Below, piece by piece: positions 14,609 to 29,609 of a DNA stretch of 64,000 nt. Positions within the stretch are counted from its first letter, which is position 1; every line of letters starts with the position of its first letter. Both the position numbers and the translations under genes were made by a program. Origin of the DNA: Eledone cirrhosa (Eukaryota); contig OZ024742.1 of assembly GCA_964016885.1 (NCBI GenBank), positions 60,388,001-60,452,000 on the forward strand, given 5' to 3'. A model generated the notes under the pieces. It was not told the DNA's origin. It was given only the letters and a program-made list of their open reading frames with translations, and made no database searches.

Positions 14609-16645
14609 AATATATATATGTGTGTGTGTGTGTGTGTGTATGTGTGTGTGTATGTGTGTGTGTGTGTGTGTGTGTGGGTATGTGTGTGTGTAGGAATGTA
14701 TGCATGTATGCAGACATTTATACAGTATGACAATTTCATATGTAAAATTACGCTCATGCAGAAAAAGACGCGTGCATAGACATGAATACATATATCTACA
14801 TAAACACACATGTCGAGTGGATACAATAATATGCTAAGATGACCGAAAAGTTATCAACAAGCTGTTTTTACACGACTGTAGTTAAATATCTGAAAGCAGT
14901 TGAAGAACAAACTTAATATAGCAATTTGTGGAAAGAGGAAAGTCATCAACCACAGTGCCTTACTTTATTCACCCTAAATGAATGGACGGCAAATTTGACC
15001 TCAACGGAATTTCAACACAGGCTGTTAAGTGTCAGGGCAAATACTGCAAAGCTCTAATGATTCTACCAATCCACCTTCTTACACTTTAGTAACAATAGTA
15101 ACGAAGATGATTTATAAAACATACTTTTATGCTGTGCTCTAACTATTTCTTAACAAGAACAGTGTGTCTAAACATTACTGACACAACAACAACGACAACA
15201 ACAACAAAATTATATAATTTACCTGATAATTGTTTGATGGGGATTTTCTAAGAGTTCCCTTCGCATGAGGATTGTTATTTTCAGCTAAGTATTAAAATGA
15301 GAATAAAGAATAAAATAGAGGGATGTTTATTTATTGATGGCCCACCCGCTTTGCTGTGACCTAATGACTGAAACAATTATCATATCAATTAAAATATATG
15401 TATTTAGAGTCAATTCATTCTCCAAACCCAAATTCTTACAAAAAGCCTACAAGCAAAACATCGTCTGTTTAGACAATAAATTATTTACTTATTTCTTATC
15501 AAATGAGGACTTAATCATGAAATTAACAGGCAAGTGGCTAAGCATTCCGCTGCCATGCTTTCTTATAAGGTAGTATTCTGAAGAGTCAACGTGTATTTCA
15601 AGTCAGATGCATTGTAAACATGGTCTCTCCCAATTTCGCACACAAGCATTTGGCCAAAGTGGCACGCGGTGAATTCGAACTAAGGAAATAGATGACTACG
15701 AATGAAAAATTTAAATATCCATCAACTGATCAATACGTAAGCGATACATTGGCAGAGTTGTGCCAACGTCGGATAGTATGCTGTGTGGCATGCGTTCCCG
15801 CTTCATGCTTTCGGAATTCAAATTTCGCTATAATAAACTTTCACTTTAATCCTAACGAGGTTGATAAACATAGTACCAGTCTAATACTTACCTCTCATTC
15901 TATTCTTCACTGGAATGAATTTGATATGTTCCTATCCAGAGAGGAAATAAGCTGAGCAAGGGTTAAAAAGGCCCCAAAATAATATATGTCGATACGATGA
16001 CCTTATGATTGTATCGGGATTTACGTGTTCATATAGATATGCATATTGCTGAATATATAAATATACTATGACAGAGAACGATGCCATGAAAAAACTAACT
16101 TTTATATAGTAACATAAAATTGCCCTCATCCTCTAATAGAGCTCTTGGAGTGTGTCCTAAGCATTTTTATCCTGGCAGCGCCTCATTACTGCACAGTTTG
16201 AAACACAGCCGGTTTCTTCCAGAGAACGAAGAAAAAGTCTGAAATAATCGATGGTACAATAGCTACTTTACTTATCGATCAGGAAATGAATAAATACAAG
16301 CAGTGAGATCTGAACTCAGTGCGTATTGGGCCGGAACAATCACCAAAACATTTTTATTTGGTCGCCCTAACGACACTGCCTGTCCACCGTCACACATTGT
16401 AAGCCGCAAGTTGTGTACTTAAATAGCCTGGTCTGAGTTTGAAGTTTGGAACTTAAAGATAACGGTAACACAATAAAACAGAGAAGTATCAGTAACATGA
16501 TTAAAGATACTTTGATTGTAGTTTTATCAATATATGAATTATTGATTTGCCTTCGTTTGTAGTTTCTTGAAAATATAATGATTTTGCTGCTGTTATTGTC
16601 ATCATTACTTGTGTTGCAGCTGCTATTTTTTCTGTTGATGCTATA

Positions 16646-16736
<91 letters not shown>

Positions 16737-16740
<4 letters not shown>

Positions 16741-17153
16741 AAAGAATAGAGTTGTAACACACGAGTTGTGACATATTAGTAAAAGGAAAAGAAAATGCTG
16801 ACAAATTTTTCCCAGTGAAAAATAGTTTAATTAGGAATAAGTATAAATTAGTAATAAGTATTGTTTAGTATTCAATTTTAGTTTAAGTTTTTACTGGTTG
16901 CGCATTTCTAATGCTTTTCAAAAATAATCTTGAGATAGAGCGCCCGTGATGTTTGCTCTAATCAGATTAGAGCAAACATCACGGGCGCTCTATCTCAAAA
17001 TTATTTTTGAAAAGCATTAGAAATGCGCAACCGGTAAAAACTTAAAACTTAAACTGAATACTAACCAATACTTATTACTAATTTATACTTATTCCTAATT
17101 AAACTATTTTTCACTGGGAAAAAATTGTCAGCATTTTCTTTTCCTTTTACTAA
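16737..17153. mobile_element. Near-perfect 380-bp palindrome with variant HHR-like motifs (16889-16924 -, 17004-17039 +)
   Basis: Centre at 16964; ttt-TTGAAAA-gcatt aga aatgc-GCAA-ccgg-TA-aaa; (TA)n flanks. Confidence 0.85.
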
Positions 17154-17228
17154 TATATATATATATATATATATACCTAATCTACTATCTATCTGTATAT
17201 CGATCGATTGGTTATTGATTAGGCGATA

Positions 17229-17339
17229 CCCGCTGATGAAGCCACATACGCCGATTATGCACTGTAGTATTATATATGCAGACGGAGGGTGCAGTGCACC
17301 TTACTGCTGCATTATGTGTGGTCGAAACTCGAGTCCGGG
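17229..17339 (+). ncRNA. Type I HHR with ~85-nt stem II domain, within a ~310-bp insert between (TA)n tracts
   Basis: cccg-CTGATGA-agccacata..tatgtgtggtc-GAAA-c tcga g-TC-cggg; palindromic loop III. Confidence 0.88.
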
Positions 17340-17537
17340 AACTATGATAGGCACCCGTTTTACGTGTGTTGCATTGAAGCGAATAATTATGTGTATACAC
17401 TGGGAATGTATCTTACATTGCCTATTGAGTACGCTGCAATACAACCGGTCCTGGCATTGATAAATATGCTGGGTCCGTCAAGTCCTTATTATTATGTATA
17501 TTTATATATAGATATATATGTAAATATATATATATAC

Positions 17538-17663
<126 letters not shown>

Positions 17664-17664
17664 A

Positions 17665-19289
17665 AATCAAGAAACTATTATTCCTATCGTAAATAACTTC
17701 CCCAATCCAATCTCTTCTATAGATAACACTAGGTCACTTGTTAATAACCTGTTAATCTCTCTAATCGCAATTGCAATTGCCCTATTAAAAATAAATCTCC
17801 TCTTAACAACCATTGTCTTGAAAAAAAATTAATCTACGAATGTAAAGTTATAACTGACACCAATTCCTTTACCTATTTTGGCTCCACTTCCACCTCTTTA
17901 AAGCTCGTCTTTATAATCATCATTCGTCTTTTAAATACCAACTTAAAAGAACCAACACGGCACTCTCAGAACTCATATGGTCCTTGAAAGACAAAAATAT
18001 TAACTATAACATCTCTTGGAAGAAGGTTTCTTCTGCTTCTACATACTTGAACAGTTCTCTATCCAAGACATGCAATCTCTGTTTATGTGAAAAATGTACC
18101 ATTATATCTAATTTAGATTCTATAATAAATAGACGCACTGACTTGTTTTCTCTCTGCTTGCATACATTCCACAGAACATTCCATAAAGTATACAGCTAAT
18201 ATCTAATACTTTACCAATTTAAAATCCTTTTCTCAAAGGTAAACATATATATATATATATATACATATATATTTCTTTAAAAATATACCCATCTTTCTAC
18301 CTTATTTCAATGTTATTTATTATACATTATATGATACTAGTTACTCATTCTATTTCACTCCTATTTATCACTTCCCTTTCTTTTTCCTTTTTTCTTTTCT
18401 TTTCTCTTTCTTTTAATTTCTAACCCCTAATCTGTACCTTTCTTTCCTAGATACTTCTCAATCATTATTGTGCCTAACGTAAAAACAATTATTACACAGC
18501 ACAATATATTCTTACTTTATATCACCTTAAAAAAATCCTTCGTAAACATAAACATTTTTTTGACATTAGATTATTCATCCTCAATTCATTATTTTTTTCT
18601 CCCTTTCATGCTCATCTTACTTATACATATTACACTTATTCATCCTCTCTTCTACTTCTTTCACAATATATCCTTAATTACATTACTATTGCTATATTTT
18701 TATATTTTTTAATAATACATATCAACAATTTCTTTCCATCGCACACATTATTAAACCCTTAAATATTATTCTTAATACATATTAACAATTTCTTTTCATC
18801 GCACATATTATTAAACCCTTAAATATACAAACCTTAATTTAACATTATTTAAAAATTTTTCACTTCGTTAATTTTCAAATACTTTTAATTTATATATTAT
18901 CTTCCAACGGTTTTTCAACCTCACTATGTAAAACAATATATTTTTCTCAGTTATAAAAGCTATCTCTCTCTCTCTATCACCCATCTCTCCTCCTATCTCA
19001 TCCTTCCTCATTATACTCCTCCCCCTCCACTGTTTACTCTCATCTCCTCCTCTTTTTCATCCTTTCCACCCCCACCCCACCCCTCGTTTTTTTTTCCCAA
19101 TATCACACATCAATCTAAAACTACTTTTCATATGTTGATTTAAAACTGCACTATTCACAAGTGTGTTTTAACCTTCATATCATGTCTCCCTATTTTATCT
19201 GACGAAAACGCAAATGTTATTGCATGATGATATTTGTTTTTGAAATGCGCATAATAAAATACATGGAACTCTTTTAACCATCTTTTGAT

Positions 19290-19292
<3 letters not shown>
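17665..19292 (+). mobile_element. 5'-truncated PLE: GIY-YIG remnant (~17750-18200), AT-rich 3' UTR, terminal HHR, then (TA)n
   Basis: NCNCPIKNKSPLNNHCLEKKLIYECKV..YFGSTST..RLYNH..LSELIWSLKDKNINYNISW..CNLCLCEK..INRRTDLFSLCLH. Confidence 0.85.
19191..19261 (+). ncRNA. Type I HHR at PLE 3' end
   Basis: tattttat-CTGACGA-aaacgcaaat..atttgttttt-GAAA-tgcgca-TA-ataaaata; 8-bp stem I, palindromic loop III. Confidence 0.85.
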
Positions 19293-19342
<50 letters not shown>

Positions 19343-19410
19343 TATATATATAAACATATAATATATATGTATATATAATGTGTGTGTGTATGTGTCTGTA
19401 TGTGTATGTT

Positions 19411-19442
<32 letters not shown>

Positions 19443-19619
19443 CACACATATATATATATACATAAGTATATATGTGTATATATATATGGATATAAATATA
19501 TATATATATTTATATATACACACACTGATATATGTTTATATTATATATAGTAATTCGTTTTCGAATACGAAGACAGATAATTGTATGTGAAGAAGTCATA
19601 ATAGCTCAAAAATACGAGA

Positions 19620-19713
<94 letters not shown>

Positions 19714-19980
19714 TATATTATATTATATTATATTATATTATATTATATGTATATATAACAAGCAAGAATAAATCAAAACAAAAAAGAAACGTCATATCTA
19801 TCTAATCTAGAATAGAAATGTTAATATGAAATGCAGTCGAACCGAACAAAAGTTTGTTTATTTTCCCAGAATTGAATATCAGAATATATATATATATATG
19901 TATATCTATCTCTCTCTATATATATATATATATGTATATCTATCTCTCTCTCTCTCTATATATATATATATGTATATCTA

Positions 19981-20011
<31 letters not shown>

Positions 20012-20020
20012 GTATATCTA

Positions 20021-20055
<35 letters not shown>

Positions 20056-20489
20056 CGGTAGTAACATGTGCTTATGCCTTATTTAACTAAATTAAATTAG
20101 TCTGTTAGTTTGGATTTTCAAAAGCCTTCTGAACGGAAAAATAGCATGATTATTGACGTACATGGGGCACGAACCCACATCTTTGGTTTGCTAAGAAGAA
20201 GAAGAAGAAGAAGAAACCTTTTTCCGTTTACTGACAGCATTCTCTTAAGCAGCTTTTTATTTCATCCACACGTTCACTGTAAATATAATGGAGTTTTAAA
20301 TTTTATATTATTGAAGTATGTATCATATGTGAGTAAAGCTAACTATTGTTGTTGTCCGTTGTGTTTGAGGGAGTTTAATAATTTTATTATTTCGTTAATA
20401 GTATTAGTCACTGTGACAACCGTCAACAGATTCTGTCAAACACATCCGTCATAGTATTTATCTCTTCATGTTTGGTAAATATTTTATGA

Positions 20490-20695
20490 ATCTTTATTCG
20501 TCGAACTGCTAATTTAAGTGACACAAACAAAGATTAACCAAAAACATAGACACGCACACACATTGCACACATGCACAAATATGCATAAACCATTGCTACA
20601 GCAGAAGACACTTAACCAAAGTACCATGTAGCGGCACCGAACCAGAAATTGTGTGTTTCTGAAGCAAACTCTTTTTACCACACAACTAACCCTAA
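20490..20695 (-). mobile_element. Degenerate tRNA-derived SINE, second family (similar pieces ~21560-21740, ~22260-22345, ~27175-27320)
   Basis: gaagacacttaaccaaagtaccatgtagcggcaccgaaccagaaa..gaagcaaactc..accacaca is the reverse complement of a tRNA-like head. Confidence 0.55.
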
Positions 20696-21229
20696 GTCTA
20701 TGACTGCCATATTTTCAAGATCAACTTACATTACTCTTTTGTATAATTGTCATCTACTTAAAGCGTTAGTCAGTCCGAAGATGCAATAAACATCACTACT
20801 TCATTTTCCACATTGTTCTTGAAACCAGAATTAAATGGGTGTGACGTAAACTCCTGAACCGCACGCCTATGCAGGTACTGTTAGCTAAAATCAGTACTAA
20901 ACTTTTCTGCATTAGTAAAATCATATATTCGGTTCTCACAAACCAATCGGATTAAGTTGATATGCTATATCCTTTACCTTATTACCAGAATAAAATTGAC
21001 AAAACCTTTCATTAACAAGTTTATAGTCTTATACCATAGATATATATCATATAATTATTATTTTTCAGTTATGACCACCGTGTGCTTTCATTACAAAAGT
21101 TGAGTAAATATATCGGCTTGCTATAATTTCGAAAATATTAATTGTATTGAAAGCAGGCTACATACAATCTTTGCCCGGATGAATTCAGCGAGGTTTTACA
21201 TCGTGTGTATGTATAAACATTGAGATTAT

Positions 21230-21415
21230 ATGGATTGGCAGTATCGGTAGAGGGTCGGACGCTATGCTTTGACGTATGGAGTTATGGCCCTTGCCATTCT
21301 GAGTTCAAATCCCACCGAGGTTAACTTTGCCTTTCATCCTTACGGGGTCGATAAAATAAAGTACCAGTAATGCACTGTATTAATTGCTGGCCTTGTGCCA
21401 AAAGTAGAAACAATT
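21230..21415 (+). mobile_element. tRNA-derived (CORE-like) SINE, octopus type
   Basis: A-box tggcagtatcggtagag, B-box gagttcaaatccc, body ttaactttgcctttcatccttacggggtcgataaaataaagtaccagt. Degenerate copies near 14960, 15770, 16240, 22100, 27690, 30200, 48500, 53910, 54780 and 58200-58600. Confidence 0.88.
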
Positions 21416-22517
21416 ATAATAATTTATCAATTGCCTATCTTTCTAAAGAAAATTATACTTCCGTTCATTTTATGATATCAGCAGCCTAAATATGAATGAA
21501 TTTGGTTCAGACCATAAACAATCGCAAGATGATGAATTACAGGAAAGTTCTATTCTTATATCCCTTTAGGGGTTTCAGTCATTTGCTTGTCACAACCTGA
21601 GGCACAGTCTTAAACGAGATTTTAGTCGATCATGTATGCAACTCTACATAATGTTTTCAAGCCTTGTGCTTATTTATCAATTTCTTTTTTGACGAGCTGC
21701 CAATGTGTCAACACAAGGTATTGGTAAAGCCGTTACTGTAGTAGAATGCACTTGCAAGCAAAAATATATATAATATACAAGAGGTAAATGGTTATTTAAT
21801 TCCATTTATATTTAATGTTTATAGTTTTATATTTTGGGTGGGCCATTTTTAACCATATGCACTTAAGCTTAATAATCAGTTGAATACATATTTCACTAAC
21901 CAAATGATTAGTTAATTACTTGGTTCAGTAAAGGTCTTTCATCATTCTCTGTGACCTAATTCATGACTATGTAGTCTTACTTATCTCCTCCTTGTTTACA
22001 CTTACTCCATACTTTCTGCATATTTATTTGTGAATTATCTGAGGTTCAAATATGAAAATAAACATTTACAAAGAAGGATTATTGGAAGAGGTTCATTGAC
22101 TCGTAGCAGATTGTTAAAGTCGTTAGAGGGTAGGACAAAATGCCTTGTATTATTTGATCCGAGTTTCTGCGATTTCAGTTCAAATCCCGCCGAGATCACC
22201 CCTGTGATTCATCTTTCGGTAAATTTACAGAATTGTGAGAGGGTAATGGAGATGCCTCCATTATCCAAGGTGCCATGTAATACAACTGAACCCGAGGCCA
22301 CTTTGCTGTAATTAAACTATTTAAACGCAGGCTCATGCCTGCACCCATTTACACTTTGATTTGCAGAAAAGTATGTTTAATCTCTAAATACTGTACCAAT
22401 ACACCTCTGAGTTATGACACAGACGACCCGTAACAAATGTTGGCAGGTAAAAACACACGCACAAATACATAAAAGCACATATACATACACAAGCACACAC
22501 ACGCATACCCCCCCCCC

Positions 22518-22571
<54 letters not shown>

Positions 22572-23194
22572 ACTCTTACGAAATAATACAAAGAAGATAT
22601 GTTTAAATTTATAACGAGATCACACAGATTAAGAAACTAAAGGAAGTAACTAACAATTTAGAGAATTCCCTGTGTGCTAGACAGGAAAATTTTGTATACC
22701 AATAATTGAATTTAGCTTGGCTAAATCTTTTGATCTCAAGATCAGCATGGCACCTACGCGATGTACTCACCTATAACGTTTTTAAATATTATAAGATGTA
22801 CAGTTGACCTTTAAATTTGAAATGTTAACGATAAATTTATTTCAAAGTATTATTGTATTGTTTCTTTCCTGAAATCATTCGCAAGATGGCTGTCACAATC
22901 GTTTAATGTATATCTTAATTCTATTTCAATACAACGCATGCAAGCTTCGGGCATGGCATGTATCATATACAACAGCATGGTAAAATACAGATTCACATAC
23001 ATACATACGAAATGTTAGAATCTCTCCGAAACGGAAGATACATTTTTTGGAGTCAATCGGCCATTAGCATTTCAAATAGTGTGGTAGCATCATAGAAAAT
23101 GATTGCTTTTATTAACAATGAAAACCATTGTATAATGTATATATGTATGTATATGGTCTTTGTTCTAAGGCTGCAGTATGTATTTGTTTGTTTC

Positions 23195-23270
<76 letters not shown>

Positions 23271-23521
23271 CGTGCGTGCGTGCGTGCGTGTGCATGTGTG
23301 TGTGTGAGTGAGTGCGTATGTGTCTGTGTGGTGTGGGTCTGTGTCGGGGGTGTCTGTGTGTTTGGGTGTGTGTACGGACGTACGTTCAATTTCACACGCA
23401 CATAAATACATTTATATATATGATGTGCACTCAAGATGTTTTGAGACTTTTATCAGAGACATATATTTAACTCAGATAAACACTACACTCTAATCCCTCT
23501 CAACGTAAGATCCTCCAACAT

Positions 23522-23595
23522 CACCAAAGTACTCGATACTTGGGGTAGTAGAGTGAGCTGCTGAAACGGCCAGAACTCAGCCGATGGGGCCCCAA
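23522..23595. repeat. Diverged mini fold-back related to PLE family C
   Basis: caccaaagtactcgatacttggggtagtagagtg joined to gaaacggc..ctcagccgatgggg. Confidence 0.65.
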
Positions 23596-23614
23596 ATTTG
23601 TTATATGTGTAAAT

Positions 23615-23662
<48 letters not shown>

Positions 23663-24214
23663 AGAGAGAAAGAGAGAGATGTCGGAAATGTTGTTTGCTT
23701 GAAATATTGTGGAACATGTAGAAAACAATGATTTGGGATTGCTACAGCAATGCTAGTAGGGCACTAAATGGTAGACATGATTACAAAGTTGTAATATTAC
23801 GTTGGAAACGTTTAATTAGTTCATAATACATCATGATATAATTTCCTTTTGACATAATTATGGGAGTAGTAGGGAGTTGGTCGTATATGGCAGTAGTAGT
23901 GTTTTTAGGTGAATATTTGTTTTATCCCAATCAACATAATCCTAGATCTCATTTACTTACCGATGGAGTGGGATTTGTCAAATCAGACGCAACTTCTGGC
24001 AGAAGGAACAACGTGAAACAAAGTGTTTGACTCAAAGAGATAATGCATCAACTGGGTTGGGAATCGATCGTTCTAACCACTAAGCTACGCACCTTCACTA
24101 GTATGAACAGTAGTAAATTGGTTAATTGCTGTAATATCATTGGATAATGGTAAGTGAATGGGTAGGAATCTATCATTTTTCTATATTGGTTGTTTGGCAT
24201 GTATTATTGATACG

Positions 24215-24285
<71 letters not shown>

Positions 24286-24354
24286 CTAAATTAAGTTTTT
24301 GTTTTGCCCTACTCATAGTAGTGGATTTGTAGTAAGACTCTCTATAATATCCAC

Positions 24355-24600
24355 TGCCTATTGAGTTTTAGTCTATTGTTGAATTTACGGTTGTTTTTGG
24401 CTATCAGATTGGACTCCTTGATTCGGAGATTACTGGTATTCTGATCTGTGGCTTTGATGATAAGGTAAGTGTCATGGTCTGGATGCGGTTGGGGTGTTCT
24501 TTGGATGGAACATACAGTGACCGGATCCTGCTCCTGTTATAAATTTCCTCGCATTGGTATATTGGATATGGGTTCCCACCAATGGCACACGTCTGTGTTG
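24355..24600 (-). pseudogene. Probable Penelope GIY-YIG C-terminal remnant
   Basis: Manual translation IIKATDQNTSNLRIKESNLIAKNNRKFNNR resembles VLAPERNVVTLRIKEALWIKRLGPQINNR of ORF 50582. Confidence 0.5.
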
Positions 24601-26166
24601 CGGATGTGAATGGGAGTGAGCGTTCACCTTTTTTGTCGTTTTCGGGCAGGTTTTTTTAAGCACATTTCCACAGTGAGGGTCCTGAGTGGGCTAAAATTAT
24701 ATGAAACACCTCCCTGAAAATCATTCCGTGAATGACAACTATTATATTGTCATTGAAATGTAGCAATTTGAGAAAAAAGGTTGTTGGCACAGTTTTCCGT
24801 TTATTGGGATTAAATCATTGAAGATAATCCGGTGGATGTTGTACATCCCTTAGCTCTCAATGCCTTTAGAATTGAGCAACTACATTTATATGAACACATG
24901 TGTGTTCAGGAATGTGGAAGTATGTTTTTAAATATGGGTGAGTGATTAAGGAGGTGGTAGTATAAATAAACTATATCTTTGCTAAAAATGAATGTTCCAG
25001 AAAAAATGTCAGACACATCAAGTTTATCCTTATAAAAACACATACATTATATTTGCTATATATACTGTGTCATGCAACAATCATTTCCACATAAACATAT
25101 GTAGATAAATTCACACACATTTCTACCCTAGCATAACAAGCAGGATTCGGTCAAATGCACCCATTTGTTGTTGGGGTCGTTAAACGAGGTAAGAATAAAG
25201 TAGGTTATTTATTTGCAATATCATGGCACATACTGAAGTCAGGAAATCTGGCTGAATGTTACTAAGTCACATTACACAGTCGGATGGTTAAAACCGGTAT
25301 AACGCTACCTATGCCTTTAAAATACAGAGCATAATCAATAATTTTAGGAATTTCATAAAAGATTTATATATTGTATTATACATCTCGTGTGTATAATATA
25401 ATTTAACAGAAATTTCTACATAACGTACGATAAAGGAAGGTTCTTACAAACATATACACATATATGGCAAGCAGGTTTGTAGAGCCATAATTTGATATAA
25501 AATGTTTACACCTCTTGAGAGGTGAAGGCTTTATCCCATGTTGGAGAATCGTAAATTCCTCTGAAGTTACAAATGCAGTAGAGAGAACTCTAATGATGTT
25601 ACAAAGGTCCAGATAGTGGTGTTAACAAATTCGTGACCACAATTCTATTAATTTATTTAGAATTTTGAGGGACTTACGAAAATTATTAATTATATCTTTA
25701 CAAATATAGTATCTTAACCCTCGGTACTCAGATAAAAATATATTGGAAAAATTTAATTTAAATAGAAGACCCTTAACATTAGTGGATTTGTTTTTATAGA
25801 ACCAGAGTCGGATTTGGTGAGGTTAGTATGAAAATTGCTGCTTGATGGCGGTGACAAAATGGGGGGGGGGATTATTTAGTCTGCCAAACGTGTTACTTTA
25901 AGGTGGCATGTACCATAATATTAAATAAATGCATCATATACAATGGTATTTTCTCCTTATTAATAAATACACTTATATGAATAGATAATAGTCTACTGAA
26001 TAGCTTTACTGATAAATATTACCATCTCACACTTAACATCATCATGTAGACGGCAAACAAACACTTATAGGTAATATTATAAAAGATAAATAAAGTAATA
26101 TCATTATTGTAAACATTGTCTTTAACAACAAGCTATAAATAAACACACAGACACACACACACACAT

Positions 26167-26200
<34 letters not shown>

Positions 26201-28384
26201 GTGTGTGTGTTATTGAAAATAATATATATATATAAAATAATATATATATATATATATATATACAGAGGTGAAAACGTATGGCTTTGGGATTTTTTGTGGT
26301 TTTATTTCTAACTTTTGTTCCAGGTATTTCGTCTTTTTAAATATCACCTTATAGCATCTGCAACTTTTCGTTGCCAATGTAATTCTTATCTACTCTAATT
26401 CTTCCTTATCTCTTATTAGATGCATTATTTCAAAAAACGTCTTATTTCTATTTTATAACATGACATATTAAATAAAAATCAGTGTGAAAAGATTAAAAAA
26501 ATGAAATTTCGTATATAATGCTTTATATATGTTTATTCTACGTAACTTGTAAACACAAGAAACTCTCTGATAGTTAATATGTTCATTTCAGAATAATGAA
26601 GTCCCAGTTTCGAGACCACTACTAAGCATCGTCGGTGAGTGTCACTTAATATAACTTCTGATCGATCCAAGAGCTGCGAAAGAAATTTACTAGACAAAAA
26701 TTATATTGAAAGTTGTCTCATGAATTGTATATATAATTCTATGGTTTAACTTTGTCATTATATATCACGCTGATTCAATTGTGGAATTGGATTATGGATG
26801 CACGAGTCCACTTACACGTTACTTTACGAGCAGGTCATTCAATTTATCAAAACCCTAAACATTGATACATATAGAGAACACTTCATCAAGTAAACAACCA
26901 ACATATACATAGGTGAAGAAGTACACAAGTAAAAGAAACTACCCAGATAAAAACATAGTAGTAATAACAATTGATGGGTCTTCCGTCAGTTCAATGGCGA
27001 GAATGTTGTGATCTAATGAACTGGACGTATACCACTTTAAATAACGTGCAATGAGCTGATTATTCCACACACAAACATGTACTCCTTAATGTAATTCCCA
27101 AGCTGAAGAAATATGATACAATGAGTGAGAAGGTTGGACTTTTGAATTATAGGTTCAATCCACTTGACAGCCATCTGCAAAACTTCCGTGAACCCAGTTT
27201 CACTCCCAAGGCGTGGGTAGACCTCAGGCTATGGTAAAATACACATGCAGATCATGCCAATCAGTGGTATTTAACCCGGTAATCATGCTTACAAAGCGAA
27301 CTTCTTAACGACTCAAACGTATCTGTGTTTATGGATGCATTGAATGCATGTGCAAAAATATTTTTATTTAAATATACTTGAACCTTTCCTCTTATTTGGC
27401 GAATAACACCTAACGGCAATGTTCTTAGACTCAACAAAGAGACGGCGAGGGAATTTCATTACATCCCAATAAGTAAGCGGGTATATGTTTGTGTGGATAA
27501 GGCGTTCGCTTTGAGTATGGTATGGTCCCGTAATATTTGGTAAAATCGTATGGACGCCTTAGTGGAAGTTTAAGCATAGCGGAGCCTACCGCTCCTCAGA
27601 TCTAAACATAGTAGATTTCTTCCAGAGAAGGATAGAAAGTGGGAAAGAGGAAGAGATATAGAGGAAAAATCGACCGCAGTACTAGAGAGGCACTTTTTTT
27701 TATCTACCCTGAAAAGATGAAAGGCAATGTTAATCACAGCAGGATTTGAACTCGGAGTGGAGAGAGGCGAACGAATATCACAACCACTATACCCGTCGTT
27801 CTAGCGACCCTACCAATTCGTCGCTTTGCAACTACATAAAATCGGATTCAGTCAAAAGGAATAGTTGCTTCAGTTAATATATTCTACATTAATCTCTGGT
27901 TGACCAATCGCATGTGGGTGAATGGTGGTAGATCGGAGCACTTTGAAAGCTCATTGGATAGTTCAACTGTAATTCAAAGCCCCAGCCTTATGACACACTG
28001 GGTCGCGGCAAGTCTCTCTGAGAATTAGGTTATGGCTCATTTTCTACTTGAATGCTCAGCCACTTGCATGTTAATTTCATGATTAGTATGTTGTCTCACC
28101 GAAACACTAGAATACACATCATAAAACATCCATATGTGTGCCTCTGTGTACGTGTGTGTGTGTGGCTGTTTGTTTACGTTTATTGCTTATTTCCTGTAAC
28201 TTAGTAGTTTCATAATTAGGAATCGATAAAATAAGCATGAGACATAAGAAAACAAAATAAGTAATGTCGATATAATTGATTAACCCCTGAAATGTGGTGT
28301 CCTTGCAATACTGGTGAAGAATGAATCTAGTAAAAAGAAACGAGAAGAATATTTATATATAAAATATGATATATATATATTTTT

Positions 28385-28564
28385 TAATATAAGGAACTTG
28401 TTCTTTGTTTTTATTCATTGTTTTTATTAATTTATCTTGACTCTGTTTTCCTGTGATTTTCATCGACAATTTTTGAATGCATCTTCTCTTTTCATGATAT
28501 TTAGATTACATTGAGTTCTTCATACGGATTGGACACTACCGTATATTTTGGTAGATTTATCTAC
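28385..28564 (+). repeat. 3'-terminal fragment of the family at 46936-47495
   Basis: Reverse complement of 46936-47120 (gattacattgagttcttcatacggattggacactaccgta..ggtagatttatctac). Confidence 0.8.
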
Positions 28565-28596
28565 ACACACACACATATATATATATACATATATAT

Positions 28597-29188
28597 AAGA
28601 GACGTAAGATAAGAAAATTATAAAATTATAAAAAAATTATAAAATTGACTTACTTACTAAAATATCACTTCCAACTAATTAGTTTCTGGAATGGAGTAAA
28701 TATATTTTCCGAAGAACATACAGAAAAGCATTCCATCGTCAGGAAAGTCTATTTTCGTGTAAGTTACCAGGCATAGCGAGGACTCTGGAAACTTATTAAA
28801 AAAATAATTCAGTGGAAAGGAAATAGCGAAGCGTGGACTGAAATCCTAGCCATTGAGAAAATCACTGCCTCTACGTCTGTGGCAAATTCAAAAAGAATCA
28901 ATCACGTGACATCGAGGTCAATCAGTGGAAAGCGAGTTGTTAATAAGACAGCGGCCTGCCTACTACTATAGCAGCAGTCATGGCCAATATTGCTCGACAA
29001 ATGAATTGGAGATAATTATAAAGAATATATTTACTCCATTCCAGAAACTAATTAGTTGGAAGTGATATTTTAGTAAGTAAGTCAATTTTATAATTTTTTT
29101 ATAATTTTATAATTTTCTTATCTTACGTCTCTCATATTATTGTTCTGCAACCCCATGCATTGAACCACAATGTTACTAAGACAAAACC
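28597..29188. mobile_element. Fold-back insertion with HHR at 28668-28747 (-)
   Basis: Perfect arms 28598-28706 / 29024-29132; ctttc-CTGACGA-tggaatg..cattcca-GAAA-ctaattag-TT-ggaag. Confidence 0.88.
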
Positions 29189-29251
29189 TATATATTTGCT
29201 AGCATTGATATGCATCTGTATGTATATAAATGTTACTAGATATAAATTCTT

Positions 29252-29325
<74 letters not shown>

Positions 29326-29329
29326 TGTG

Positions 29330-29507
29330 TATCCCGATTCAATCAGCGGTAACCGCAGTAAGTTACTCAATACATAGTATAGTATATTTCAATATTTAAT
29401 ATGGAAATGGCTTCTACAGGACTAGAAATGTTTCAGTCGAAGGAAATCATCAGGAAAGCTTCCTGATGATTTTCTTCGAATGAAGTAGTTCTAGTCCCGT
29501 AGAAACC

Positions 29508-29512
<5 letters not shown>
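29330..29512. mobile_element. Short fold-back centred just upstream of two divergent CTGATGA cores
   Basis: gaaatcatcaggaa ag c ttcctgatgatttt centre; arms 29404-29456 / 29460-29512; HHR stems decayed. Confidence 0.7.
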
Positions 29513-29577
<65 letters not shown>

Positions 29578-29578
29578 C

Positions 29579-29609
<31 letters not shown>

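Noticed and set aside
20155-20195. tRNA gene on the - strand (gtgggttcgtgcccca)
   Set aside because: Only a T-arm-like 3' half is present; the 5' side is a (CTT)n tract
24720-27150. Possible host exons in the less repetitive stretch
   Set aside because: No ORF or recognisable protein motif seen; short exons cannot be excluded without RNA data
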